From Azolla caroliniana (lineage: Eukaryota; Plantae; Polypodiophyta), in assembly GCA_043228905.1 (NCBI GenBank), contig JBHGNT010000642.1:1-18560 (forward strand): a DNA stretch of 18,560 nt. The letters run 5' to 3'. Within the stretch, counting starts at the first letter, position 1, and every line of letters starts with the position of its first letter. Shown piece after piece: positions 1-10,760 of this stretch. The translations under genes were made by a program, and so were the position numbers. The notes beneath the pieces were generated by a model. It searched no databases. It saw only the letters and a list, made by a program, of their open reading frames with translations, and was not told the origin of the DNA.

Positions 1-1160
1 AAGAATGTTTCAGAACACGCGTCATGTTTGAAACATCGGGTGGTGAAGGAGCAAGCCTAATAGAAGCTTGCATGATCAAGGAGGATAAAGAGTGTGAGGC
101 CCACATGATTAAGGAGGTAGCCACGAAAAACGACATCAAGGAGGTGGCTATGGACAACATGGCAAAGGTGATCAACCAAAGGCGTATGGAATCCTCCACA
201 CTTGTTCTAGAGACTTGGGCAATTGCATCCGAGAATCAACGTGAGACCCAAGCAACGAAAGGTGGCAGCGAGGAAGCGAAGGTCAGAGCTGATGCACATG
301 ATGGGAACATAGCCATAGACAATGACATCGGCCCGAAGATGGCAAGAACGAGCAAGGAGCATGGAGAGGATTCCTCCACACTTGTTCTAGAGACTTCGGC
401 AGTTGCGTCCGAGATCCAACATGAGACCGAAGAGATGGAAGGTGGCTGCGAGGAAGCGAAGAATGAAACCGGTGTGTGCGATGAAGAGTCCAAACGAAGC
501 ACAACGACGAAAGAAAATGTGCACAACAAAGAGGCCAAAGAAAGTGTGACAATGGACAATGACGGCCAAGCAAGCCAAGAGGATTTGAAAGGTGTACCTT
601 GGAAAGTGATCATGTCTTCTAACATGAGGGAGGACACTAGCATGAAGATCAAAGGTACGATGGTCAACTCAAAAGCGAGAGTTTACCGCAAAAAATGGAT
701 GAAAGAGAGGCATGCAATATGGTCTCTTAGAGACCCCAAGATGAGCATGTGCTTGAAGGGACTACAATGGGTAGTCAACATCGACATTCGAATGAGGTCT
801 TGTGAAGGCAAGCAGGGGACGAGAAAGAATGAAGGGTCGAAGTTTCTTGACCAAGGAGATAAACAGGATGCAGGTGGCACATACACAAATTGTGAAAGGT
901 TATGCTCAAGAGGGACGAAGGGGGCCATGCAACCGGTCATAGCATTGTGAAGTGTGAGCGAACGATATGGTGGCTCGGATGGCGACGATGGTTCGGCTGG
1001 AAGGAATGGACAAGCTCAAAATGGAGGGACAAAGATAGTGTGGGCAAGGCACAAGAAAGGAGCAAATCGAAGGTTGACAACCTTTGGCCCCACCACATCA
1101 CTCTTTTCCTTCTTGACACATGCCGGAGGATGTGCAGTTTGGTGGGGGTGGATGTCATGA
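1..1160 (+). mobile_element. Degenerate LTR-retrotransposon-like segment (Ty3/Gypsy-like): acidic repetitive ORF 24-950 with possible PPT and LTR start at 1153
   Basis: 308-aa E/K/D-rich intronless ORF (frame open from the window start) with an internal repeat; half zinc-knuckle-like GHSIVKC in an overlapping frame (about 934-954); ends GAGGATGTGCAGTTTGGTGGGGGTGGA|TGTCATG, resembling Ty3 PPT-LTR junctions. No RT or integrase seen. Confidence 0.4.
191..461 (+). repeat. Two diverged ~90-bp direct repeats at 180-bp period (191-281, 371-461)
   Basis: TCCTCCACACTTGTTCTAGAGACTT...GCGAGGAAGCGAAG occurs twice in frame (SSTLVLET...GGxEEAK). Confidence 0.9.
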
Positions 1161-1428
1161 TGTGGTGTGTTTAATGCGAGAAAAAGTGAAAATTTGAGGA
1201 TACATGCACATTACACAAATACTTGTAAAAATGAAAATAATAATAAAGAAACCTAAGACATGATGGCATTGAATGCATATTGAGGGTTGTAAGTAAGATT
1301 TGAACCTTGCACGTCTAAGATAAGAGGCAATTATCATACCACTAAAGTTAATACTACATGCTTTAGATTTTGTTTATTTTCTTCTCATATTCAATATTCC
1401 ATAGGTAGCAAACAGACAAAACCGTGTA

Positions 1429-1462
1429 CACAAAACCATGGTTTTAAGTCCATGGTTTTGTG
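1429..1462. repeat. 13-bp perfect inverted repeat with 8-nt spacer
   Basis: CACAAAACCATGG-ttttaagt-CCATGGTTTTGTG; a further ACAAAACCGTG copy at 1416-1426. Confidence 0.85.
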
Positions 1463-1664
1463 CATGTCACAAGCATGGGGCTCAATAGGTGATAACCACC
1501 ATCGTCGTCATCATCATCAATATAAAATTCTTCTTATAATTATACTTCTATTGTTCATCTTCTTTCATCTTTGATACTTCTTATTGTACTTCTTATAATC
1601 ATCAAACTTTTGATCTTGTTAAGGGTAACATTGTTTCTCGATAACTTGGTAAACGTCCTCCCTG

Positions 1665-3270
1665 GTCAAAGACCCCAATGGTCCCGTTCGAGCAACACAC
1701 GCACAAGCATCTTTGCGACAACGTCAATGATGAATGTCTCATTCAGATGCACTTGGTGGGTTGTTTGGCTTATAATGGAATAGTCAAATCTCACGTCTTC
1801 ATTACTTACCCAAATGTCCACAACGATCCCAACATAACAGTTATTGTGATTCAAAGGGTTTTGATGAATTGGGGGTGCTCGTTGCCCCTGTTCTCTACAT
1901 TCAATTGGACAACAATGCTAGGGAGAACAAGAATTCCACTGTCTTCGGATATTTGAGTATGTTGGTGAAACTAAGAGTGTTTAGGAAATTTAAAGTCAAC
2001 TTCCTTTTGGTTGGTCACACACATGACCATATTGATCAAATGTTCAGTACATTCTCTAGACAATTGTCTCGATATGATGCTTTCACATTACCTATCATTA
2101 TGGTGCATATACGCCATGTCCAAATATGATCCACTTAAAGGAGATATATGACTTTAAGAGATACATAGCAGATGGCGAAGAGGGGAATGTGAAAGTGTTA
2201 TCCCAATTAAACAATATTAGCTTCAATCACATATTCTTGATAATAAAAATGATATAAGTGGTTGTACAATATTGCATGCAAAGCAATATTCATCTTCCCC
2301 ACAATGGGAGCCAAAAGGTGGTTGCTAGTTCTTGCTTCATATGCCATCTACTACCATTTATGGTGCAAAACAAATGCCTTTTGAGGCTAAAAAGGAAATG
2401 CACAATGAGTTGGTAGATGAACAAAGGAACTTCTGGATCCAAGCCTTACAAGACAAAAGGAAGCACATTGATAATGCAAAGAAGTATGCTACACAACAAG
2501 ATACCTCATGGTGGGACGTGTTCTTCAGTGATTAACAAGGATTAAATTATTGATGATTCCTTAACTGGTATTTCGTCCTTGCATATACCATTTACGTGGT
2601 ATGTACAACACTCACATAATTCTCAAATGCCACCTCATGCACCTAATGCAGATCTTGACAACTTGCTCCATCCACAAAAGAGAGACATTTATGTGGAACC
2701 GAGGATGACAAAAGCAATGGAAGCCCGTTGGAAAGGAAACTTGCAAGAAATGAAGGTTGGGATGTTAATTTTCACACCTACAGATGACAATGACCTAGGG
2801 GACCAATACTAGATTGGTGAAGTATTGGACATGGTGATGCATGAAAACCAAAATCAGATAAAGTCTACAAAGGTGCATTGGTACAACACTAAAAGCAAGA
2901 ATGCATTTACATGCAAGTATACATTGGAGATGATGGAATGCCCAACGTCAAGAGGAAATAGAAAGCGGAAAAGAAATATACGTAACACATTGACAATGAC
3001 ATGCAAGAGGTGGATATCATTGTGTATGACTTTACACCGACAAAAGCTAGATGTTTACAGAAGTCAACAAAAGACATCATTAAAGAGAAATTTTGAAGTC
3101 TACAAGGCTTCTCAAATCGAAGGCAAACCAGATCTTCTACACATGATTTGGAGTCACAACATTTGGTTTTAGATCAAGAGAATGCTTTGATTGGTACATA
3201 TGAGGAGGAGGAGTCACCATTGTATACTAGCCTCTATAGTAGTGATTCTTATGAGAGGAATAACTCTTGA
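1665..3270 (+). mobile_element. Pseudogenised DDE-type transposase of the Sola1-like / DUF7869-like family (5'-truncated, frameshifts and stops)
   Basis: Collinear fragments KTP..HLVG..D.N.T..; PVLYIQLDNNARENKN; FLLVGHTHDHIDQMFS; later Y*IGEV...VHWY. Broken across ORFs 1678, 1869, 2332, 2579 and 2825. Family assigned from recalled motifs (LDNxxRENKN...GHTHxxIDQxFS), not a database search. Confidence 0.75.
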
Positions 3271-3830
3271 TTGTATTTTTGGCTTGAACGGTTAACAACA
3301 TAAGCTTGTAAGAACTCGAATGATATAAAACTTAATTGTTTTTAAATCAATCGCTCCTTGTGAATATTGTTTGTTATAAAAAATATGAGTTGTTAATTTT
3401 ACATTAAAGAACATGTCGTAAATTTGTGAAATTTGCCTAATTTTGTGAATTTTCAATTTTATGAAATGGTGAGATTTTAAACTTTTCCATTGAATCTTTG
3501 AGCACATGTGATACAGGTATCACATATTATGTGAGATGATTAAAAAACCCTTAACTCAAATAGAATATTCCTTATCCTTCCAATTGTGCGCAATCCTTCC
3601 ACTTCTGAACGCGAATATGTTCTACGTTACAAAATGCACATGATGTTGTGGAGTGGCTAACATGGAAGATGTCAAATAATGGTAATCGTTAACGTCAGAG
3701 CTCATTCATGAGCATTAAAGTACAGATAGTACTTATGTTAGCCCACTATTAGGGCTTGTATAAAAGTTCTCATGAGGATAGTTGTATGTACTAAGTTATT
3801 CTGTAATAGAAGTTTTCATTGTTGTTTGCT

Positions 3831-3832
<2 letters not shown>

Positions 3833-3879
<47 letters not shown>
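3833..3879. repeat. (CT)n microsatellite
   Basis: Direct reading, ~23 units followed by poly-C. Confidence 0.97.
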
Positions 3880-3881
<2 letters not shown>

Positions 3882-3969
3882 CCCCCCAAATATTCTCTAT
3901 GTATACGTAATTGTTTGTTGTTGGCCGACTGAGTTGGTTGTGTCTTTTGTTCGTAAGCTTCCGCACGTT

Positions 3970-4829
3970 ATTATTTTGCAGGGTTGTTTACTACCCAAAC
4001 CCAAATATCCCACAAAGGATTTACCTTTTTAGGACGAAGATCAATAGTACATACCTTTCCTACTTGTGCAACCACCCTAATAGCTTCCACTGCACTAAAT
4101 TGACAAGGTCATCCTCCACAAGGACCCATTGCAATTTCCCCTCGGAAACCATTTCATACACCAAGAATACATTACATGTATAAGCTCTTGCTCCAATCAA
4201 GACATTAAAAGAACATAATGGCCCTTGTCATACATGGTTTGAATTAAAAGAAGAAGGTAAGACCTTGTTACAAACATTACTTATTTCTTGGTACATTAAC
4301 TTACCACCTCTTATTGATTTCAAAGCTTGATCCTTAACATCCCTAGAAATTTGATGAAAGTTGAACCATGTACCTACATTAGCCGCAAATGCATCATCAA
4401 CCATCACCCAATTTAATATTGTCCTTCTTCCCAACATATTACCATAATCATCCCTAAATCAAGGGGTTCAAGCAAATTGTTTGCCTTTTCCACTTCTCCT
4501 CCCATACATGGATTTTATGCACAAGATTAGGAAGCAAACATTTCCAAGCTCCTAACAAAGAGTTAAAAAATTTATCCGAAGTGAAAATAGAAGTCAAAGG
4601 CATATCCTCATGCACAAACCACCACCTCACATTTGGCTTCCAATTGCCACCTATAGAAGGAACCAATTCCTTCATACATTCATGAAATAGTAATTTCCAT
4701 TGCTCATTACCTGGCAGCATACTTCTTATAACAAATTTCCCAAGTAATGCTTTACATTGAAACATTGGATCTATCAACCCTAATCCACGCTCATGAGGAG
4801 GAGATATTATCACCTTCCACGCAACCGTA
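3970..4829 (-). mobile_element. L1-clade LINE ORF2 remnant, downstream part (post-RT region)
   Basis: TVAWKVIISPPHERGLGLIDP...KALLGKFVIR matches the plant L1 vaW..P...GGLG...aLl.K motif; degenerate downstream, lower boundary approximate. Confidence 0.85.
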
Positions 4830-4834
4830 GATCT

Positions 4835-5308
4835 TGAAGTTAAAATCGTTGCTGACCACAACCGGTTGTACGTGTACGGAATAATAGTCAATCTAATGGA
4901 AAGGAAAAAGCAGAATACAGAAACTGAGAATGACACAGATTTTAACGTGGAAACCCAAATTGGGAAAAAAACCACCTGGAGTCCACAAACTCCGAAACAG
5001 AACACTATGAGAGAAAGGAGTACAATCAGAGATCTCAGAGGCAACGACCTCGAGATCCTGCTTCGCCAACGGGCGGCTATGGAGCTCACACGCTTCCACT
5101 CACACTCGTTCACTCTCACAGTTACAGAGGCAACAACCTCGTCGACAGTAACTTTACAATAACGCACACTACTAACATGATTGCCCTAAGTACTTATATA
5201 CTAATGTAACCTTTCGACTATTTACAAGTTTAGCCTTCCGTGTTGGCTATCTCCACGATTTCACACGGTTCTTCTCACTTCCCATCCGGAGGGACTTGTT
5301 TCCTAACA
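4835..5308 (-). mobile_element. Copia-like solo LTR, 474 bp, with 5-bp TSD GATCT
   Basis: TG...CA termini flanked by GATCT at 4830-4834 and 5309-5313. Minus strand starts TGTTAGGAAACAAGTCCC and has TATATAAG (5193-5200) and GGGTTTCCACGTTAAAATC (4938-4956), typical of Copia LTRs. Removing it restores the LINE frame. Confidence 0.9.
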
Positions 5309-5313
5309 GATCT

Positions 5314-5650
5314 TGCATTCACATTAGATGCATCCCATAAGAAATGGCGAACAAGCCTCTATACATGAGAGAGAACAAATCTCGAAAACAACCAAGATGA
5401 GAGGAGAAGTACTTGATTAACAATTACGATTCTTTTAGCAAATGATAAATGCCTAAAAGACCAAAACAACAATTTCTTTTCAATGACATCAACATAGGGA
5501 CAATAAGTTGATTGTGTGAAATATCAACACCGACTTGACAACCAAGATATCATACTAACCTCCCATGCTGAAGCCATTGAAAATCCTAATAGGGCAACCA
5601 AAATGGAACTCCATTATTCTTTTATACTAAATAGATTATTTCAGCTTGTG
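5314..5650 (-). mobile_element. L1-clade LINE ORF2 remnant, upstream part (end of RT domain)
   Basis: Minus strand *YLGCQVG (YLG at 5541-5549), then after a frameshift KKLLFWSFRHLSFAKRIVIVNQVLL...RLVRHFLWD, the L1 motifs that follow RT. Confidence 0.85.
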
Positions 5651-7462
5651 TATCACAAATTATTTGACCAAAAAATTCATTGTAAGATTGGTTTTTGCCC
5701 TCCAAAAATAATCATTATTAAGACTACCATAATCTCCTTATAGCTACTAAATATCTACATTGTAATTTCTTCATGAGCATTGTGCTTTGTGTCTTTAAAT
5801 CATGATATGTTACTTGCTCAAGGCATATTATGATCTAGGTAGGTGTGTGCAATGTAAACCACGCTATTTCTAACTTTTTCTTTCCTTTCGTAAAATAAAT
5901 AAGGGTGAGGTGGAGGTGGAGGTATATTGTTTCCCCAACAAAGTTTTTTGTTTTTTTCTTATTTTTCATGTTATCCTAAATTAATTGTACATAATGAAAT
6001 TTTTGTATATTCTTGGACATTTTTGGGGGTTTCATATTTTGGCATCTAGTTGGACATGAAACTTGTTGTAGAAGCATCATAGCACTCTCACTAAACACTA
6101 AGATCTCATGAGAAACAAATGGAAGTGAAAATGATGGCCAAGAGAGGCATACAATTCTGTATTATTTTCATTCTCCCCAAATAGATATTTAAGGACTCAT
6201 TTAATTCTTGGAAGTAAAATACCTAGCACTAACACTCCTTTAGGTGCAATTGTGAGCACCTTTGAAAGAAACAAAAAGAAGTTGATCATTTCATTCTTTC
6301 ATGTTGATCATTTGAGACACATTGTTACATGGAGTCTATTTGCATGTGGATTGGATGGACTTATTAATCTAATAATGATGGATTGTGCCCATGTTGAAAA
6401 TAGAATAAGATTTTCAGATAGATAGCTAATGTGATAGAAAGAAGTGAAATGTTAATGCTAGAAATCTTGGAATAAAATGAACAAACAATAACTTATAGAA
6501 AAGCATATCATAAGTTAGGGAGAGGAGCTGAAAGTGAAACTTTTGATGTTAATGTTAAAGAAACTAAACTAAAAATTCATATGAGGACAACAAGAGCAAA
6601 AGGTTTATGCTTTGCGGGGCTAGTCTTTTACTTTAATCTCTAATGGAGGATATAGGATGTTAAAATTGGCCTATTGGACAAATCATGATTACATACATGG
6701 GTGAATTCATGTCATTGATACTAAATGCTATTAACAAATTTTAAGATACCAAATTGGCCGACAAAACTACAGAAAAGAGTTGCTCAATCAATGAAGGTTA
6801 AATGGAGGATATAGAATGTTGAACCAATAAATTTTAGGAATCTTTAGAAGGGAGAGTTCTCCAAAAAGGGACGACTTTGCAAGGAATAGTTATAACTTCT
6901 AACTTCTACTTCCTTGAAAGATTCACTAAAACCAATTCAAGTTGCTAGTAGGAAACCTATAAAAGTAAACAAAATTGTGTAAAACTATATATGTGTTCTA
7001 CTAAATTCCTAAAGAATTAGTGGGTCATTACTTCATGTAAGAATAGAGGAACCAAAAGGAAGTGTCTATTTTCTTTGATTTTACACAAGTCATTTAATGC
7101 ATGGAAAGCCATCAAAGCCATCTCCAAGCTTCACGGGCCACGACATACTTTTGAAATTATTACATGGAGATTCGAAAGAAACTTGAAAAGGAGGGCCTAA
7201 GAAGAATAATTTACAACCTAGTGGCACTACGTGTTGCGAACATGCCCATAAAAGAGTTTAAATGGGAGAATGCAATATTCCCTCCTATTTCCTTTGCGCA
7301 AGTAATTATGCAATGGTCATTTAATCTTTGATGAATGTTTTACATCATTACATAGGCATTCAAGACAAAATGAAGTGACGAAAATAGAGAACAATTTATA
7401 TTTTCAATTAGCAAAAACAACATGAATCCAATATTGGTATACACATTGTCGACTCATGAATA

Positions 7463-7465
<3 letters not shown>

Positions 7466-7512
<47 letters not shown>

Positions 7513-7533
7513 CTATAGAGAGAGAGAGAGAGA
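7466..7533. repeat. Compound (TG)n/(AG)n microsatellite
   Basis: Direct reading. Confidence 0.97.
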
Positions 7534-8571
7534 GGGCTTGTGAAACAAAGATTAATAAAAATGTATGTAAAACTCCTATCATGGCACATGGGAGAGGAAA
7601 AGTGCATTGCATGGTTGAAGACAAACAAGGTACACATCTTTTTGTGGATCATATTCAAATCAAAAAATTACAAACTCCTTTTTCTATTAAGAAATGTGAC
7701 CCTTTTTTCCCTTTGGGTAGACCTAACGTGATGAAACAAATAACATATCTACCCTAAGGAATGGCATACATTAATAAAGGATAAAAGTCATGTGTGATAC
7801 ATGGATTATGGTAGAGAAAAAACAAGTAAACAAATGATTGTACATGGATGGGAACCTAGGTACCAAGACCAACCAAAGTTACAAACCAATTAAATGAAAT
7901 GAAACTATAATCTGGATATTCAAACAAGAATGCAATAAGGACGGATATTTCCATATCACCAAGGAAAGATTCACCATCATTACCTGACAATGGTTTAGTA
8001 ATGAGTATCAATGATGTGGGCTTTTTACATTGAGTGACAATAGTTGAATATTTTCATGTCAAGATTCAATGTTAGTGTCAAAAACCCATTCACGTTTCTA
8101 TCTAATGGCATGGTCATGACTCATTTCCATTGAAATACATCCTATGCCAAGGAATAACACTTAAGTGGAGCAAGAGGAAAATTTACCATCACCATGGGCA
8201 ACATTTTCTCTATCCCATGTGCATCCTTCTGTCCATAATCTCCAATTTCCTACATTTTCCTTCTGATGTCATCCATTGGAGTTTGTACCCTCATGTCTAG
8301 AGTCTAGACAATACATATATAATTATATTGCATGCCAAGTATATATGCTAAATGCTTTTAAATAAGCATGAAGTGTGCAACTTTGAAAATGAATTAGAGA
8401 TATCTCCAAGGTTTCCAAAGCAAAGTTAATTGATAAAGAAAGATCTATGAATTTTTATGAGAACTAGTAAAGGAATAAAGTTTAAGCAAGAATGGAGTCA
8501 CATGGGCAAACGTAAGGAAACAAAAAATGTTTAGTCATCAACTCAATGAGGTATTGTTATTCATGTTATGG

Positions 8572-8630
8572 ACACACACACACACACACACATCGCTTAC
8601 GTTTATGTATGTGTGTGTGTGTGTGTGTGT
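8572..8630. repeat. (AC)10AT ... AT(GT)10 opposed microsatellites forming a 22-bp inverted repeat
   Basis: 8572-8593 is the exact reverse complement of 8609-8630. Confidence 0.9.
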
Positions 8631-10224
8631 ATGTATGTCGACATAGAATGAATCGAAATTGAAACATCGCCTAGGGATTATTGAGAGAGGAAAGAGAAAG
8701 AGATGAGGTCCGTAGATGAACAATGATTACGACAAAATGTGCCATAGGATCTTCGAATACCAACACTGCTAGTAACAGAGATCTACAAGTTATTAAATGA
8801 ACAAAAAATCATTACACTGATAGTCAAACAAGAAAAAATAAAGCATATGCCTCTTAATTAGAGACAGAGATGTACAAATGAGAAAATGTGGGAAATCATT
8901 ACAATCATTTTTCAAACAAGAAAGATGTAAGCACCTCTAACATGGGGGAAAATGGAACAATACAAAACAAATAGAATCGGAATTCCTTATTTTCGAACAA
9001 GGATATGAGAAGCCTGAAAATCGGTACCTCTGCACCAAAGGTTTTCTCATATATGTAAACAATTTTTTTGCAGGCCTTCTTACTTTTAGCAGGCTGAGGA
9101 AGGGAAATGAAAGAAAGTAAATTCTTCATCCTACATTTGTCTTCTTGGAATGCAATCATTTCCATGGCAACCTTGGCCAACATAAACGTCAAAAATCTTC
9201 CAAGCTCACCCTAAGGGTTCCCATTCACAAATTGTGTCACTATAAGTCTCCATGTTTTCTGAATGTCTACTGATACTCTATAAAGACAATTCTTTTCGAG
9301 ATCGTGCTTTAGTATTTACTGCTTTCACAAATGCTTGAGCCCAGGTAAAGGTTGGGATGAATTATGTTATGTGCCAGCAAAAAAATATAACTGCCCACAT
9401 GAAAAGCAAGGAATGAGGATGTTAAAAATAAACCAATCAATTCAGTTAAGGCAATGACACCATTACCCATTATGTTTAGTAGTGGGACGCTCAATGAAAG
9501 TGGTGGTGATAGCAAAAATTGTAACGTGGATTGAAATTCATGCCCACTTCCAACTGATGGAGATTACTTTATTTCAGCCCATTTTCTGTAGAATCTATTC
9601 ACTATCTGAATTTGGAATCATTTCAAAAAGACAAGGCTTAGGCTTTTCAAATCAAACTGTGAGGGGATTCTAACAATGCACAATATTATTTGTCGAACCT
9701 TAATAATAACTTGGTAATGCTGATTAAAAATTGGTGATGATGATTAATAAACGAAATAAGAACACCAAACATCAACATTAACTAGTTACATACATTATCA
9801 CAACGTAGTTTTCAAAATAATTACAAACGGATAACAAATCAAAAAACATCCAAACTAGCCAAAAAAGAAATAATTCATATCACAAAACCCCTATTAGAAA
9901 GAAAGCATTTTTGCTCAAAAAAGGAGATTGAGTTGATCAAAAGAAAAGAACAGAGATTACAACAAAATATTGCATTTAGCAACCATACCTCCTCCCAAAA
10001 AAATTGGCTCAAAATTTCTAGAAGCTTAGAAAAAAAGGGATTGGATTTCTAAAAGGAAAAGAGAGAGAGAATATATATTGATTTGATTGATTGACAGAGA
10101 GAGCGAGAGCATTAATTCAAGCCAAGATGCAAAATGTCACCAACAGGTTTAATTTAGAACATATATATGATATGATAGGTAATATGTATTGATTGATACT
10201 GGTAAGGATATGTTGATTGATGAC

Positions 10225-10392
10225 AGACGATGATTATGATTATGATTATTATATATGATGATTGATGAGGATGGTTATTATGAAGATGATAGGCATGTGA
10301 TGATTATGCAAATGAGGATGGATGTGATATGATGATGATAGATAGATAGATAGATAGATAGATATATAGATAGAATGGCTATAGCTATAGCT
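10225..10392. repeat. GAT/GATTAT/GATA low-complexity tract, probable NAT 3' UTR
   Basis: Direct reading, 150-330 nt downstream of the stop codon. Confidence 0.8.
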
Positions 10393-10547
10393 CTCTAGGT
10401 TCATGTCCCTCATTGGTCATTTTCCTTGGGATCTCCACTGTCAGGATAATAAAATCCATGTATTTGTTTCATCTAGGAAGACATTTTCGATGAGAGTTCT
10501 CTTTTTAGTCTGTTTCATGAGTTTAGCTTTGACATGTAATTCGGTTT

Positions 10548-10760
10548 TTACATAGGTGGGAAGAACTTGTTCAGATTGTAAGGGAGAGAGTAGAACTCTT
10601 CATTACGAGGGTCGCCCTTCCATGTCCGGAACTTCTTCCAGAAATGGCGGCCACGGTTCACCTTGGCTTCCTTCTTGTGCAGCGTGTTGTCCAGCACCAT
10701 CGCCACCAAGAAAGCAACAGTCGCTGCCGACGTGAATATCACGAACAAGAAATCGTTGAA
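10548..10760 (-). CDS. NAT exon 14 (FNDFLFVIF...EEFYSLPYNLNKFFPPM*)
   Basis: TCAG| acceptor; stop TAA at 10548-10550; 213 nt. Confidence 0.96.
   Translation of the reverse strand, partial: FNDFLFVIFTSAATVAFLVAMVLDNTLHKKEAKVNRGRHFWKKFRTWKGDPRNEEFYSLPYNLNKFFPPM

Noticed and set aside
236-940. Hydrophobic minus-strand ORFs
   Set aside because: Antisense shadows of the purine-rich + strand ORF.
3506-3533. Small hairpin ATGTGATAC-ag-GTATCACAT as the transposon right end
   Set aside because: Only 9 bp and no matching left TIR or TSD found.
4867-5177. Shorter LTR boundary (TGTACG...CTAACA)
   Set aside because: No TSD and it excludes the TATA box; 4835-5308 has a perfect TSD and restores the LINE frame.
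7985-8300. Minus-strand ITKPLS resembling the Copia RNase H ADxxTKPL motif
   Set aside because: Too short, and no supporting upstream motifs such as KHID.
8905-9673. Short ORFs downstream of the NAT gene as a second gene
   Set aside because: No recognisable domain or consistent splice chain.
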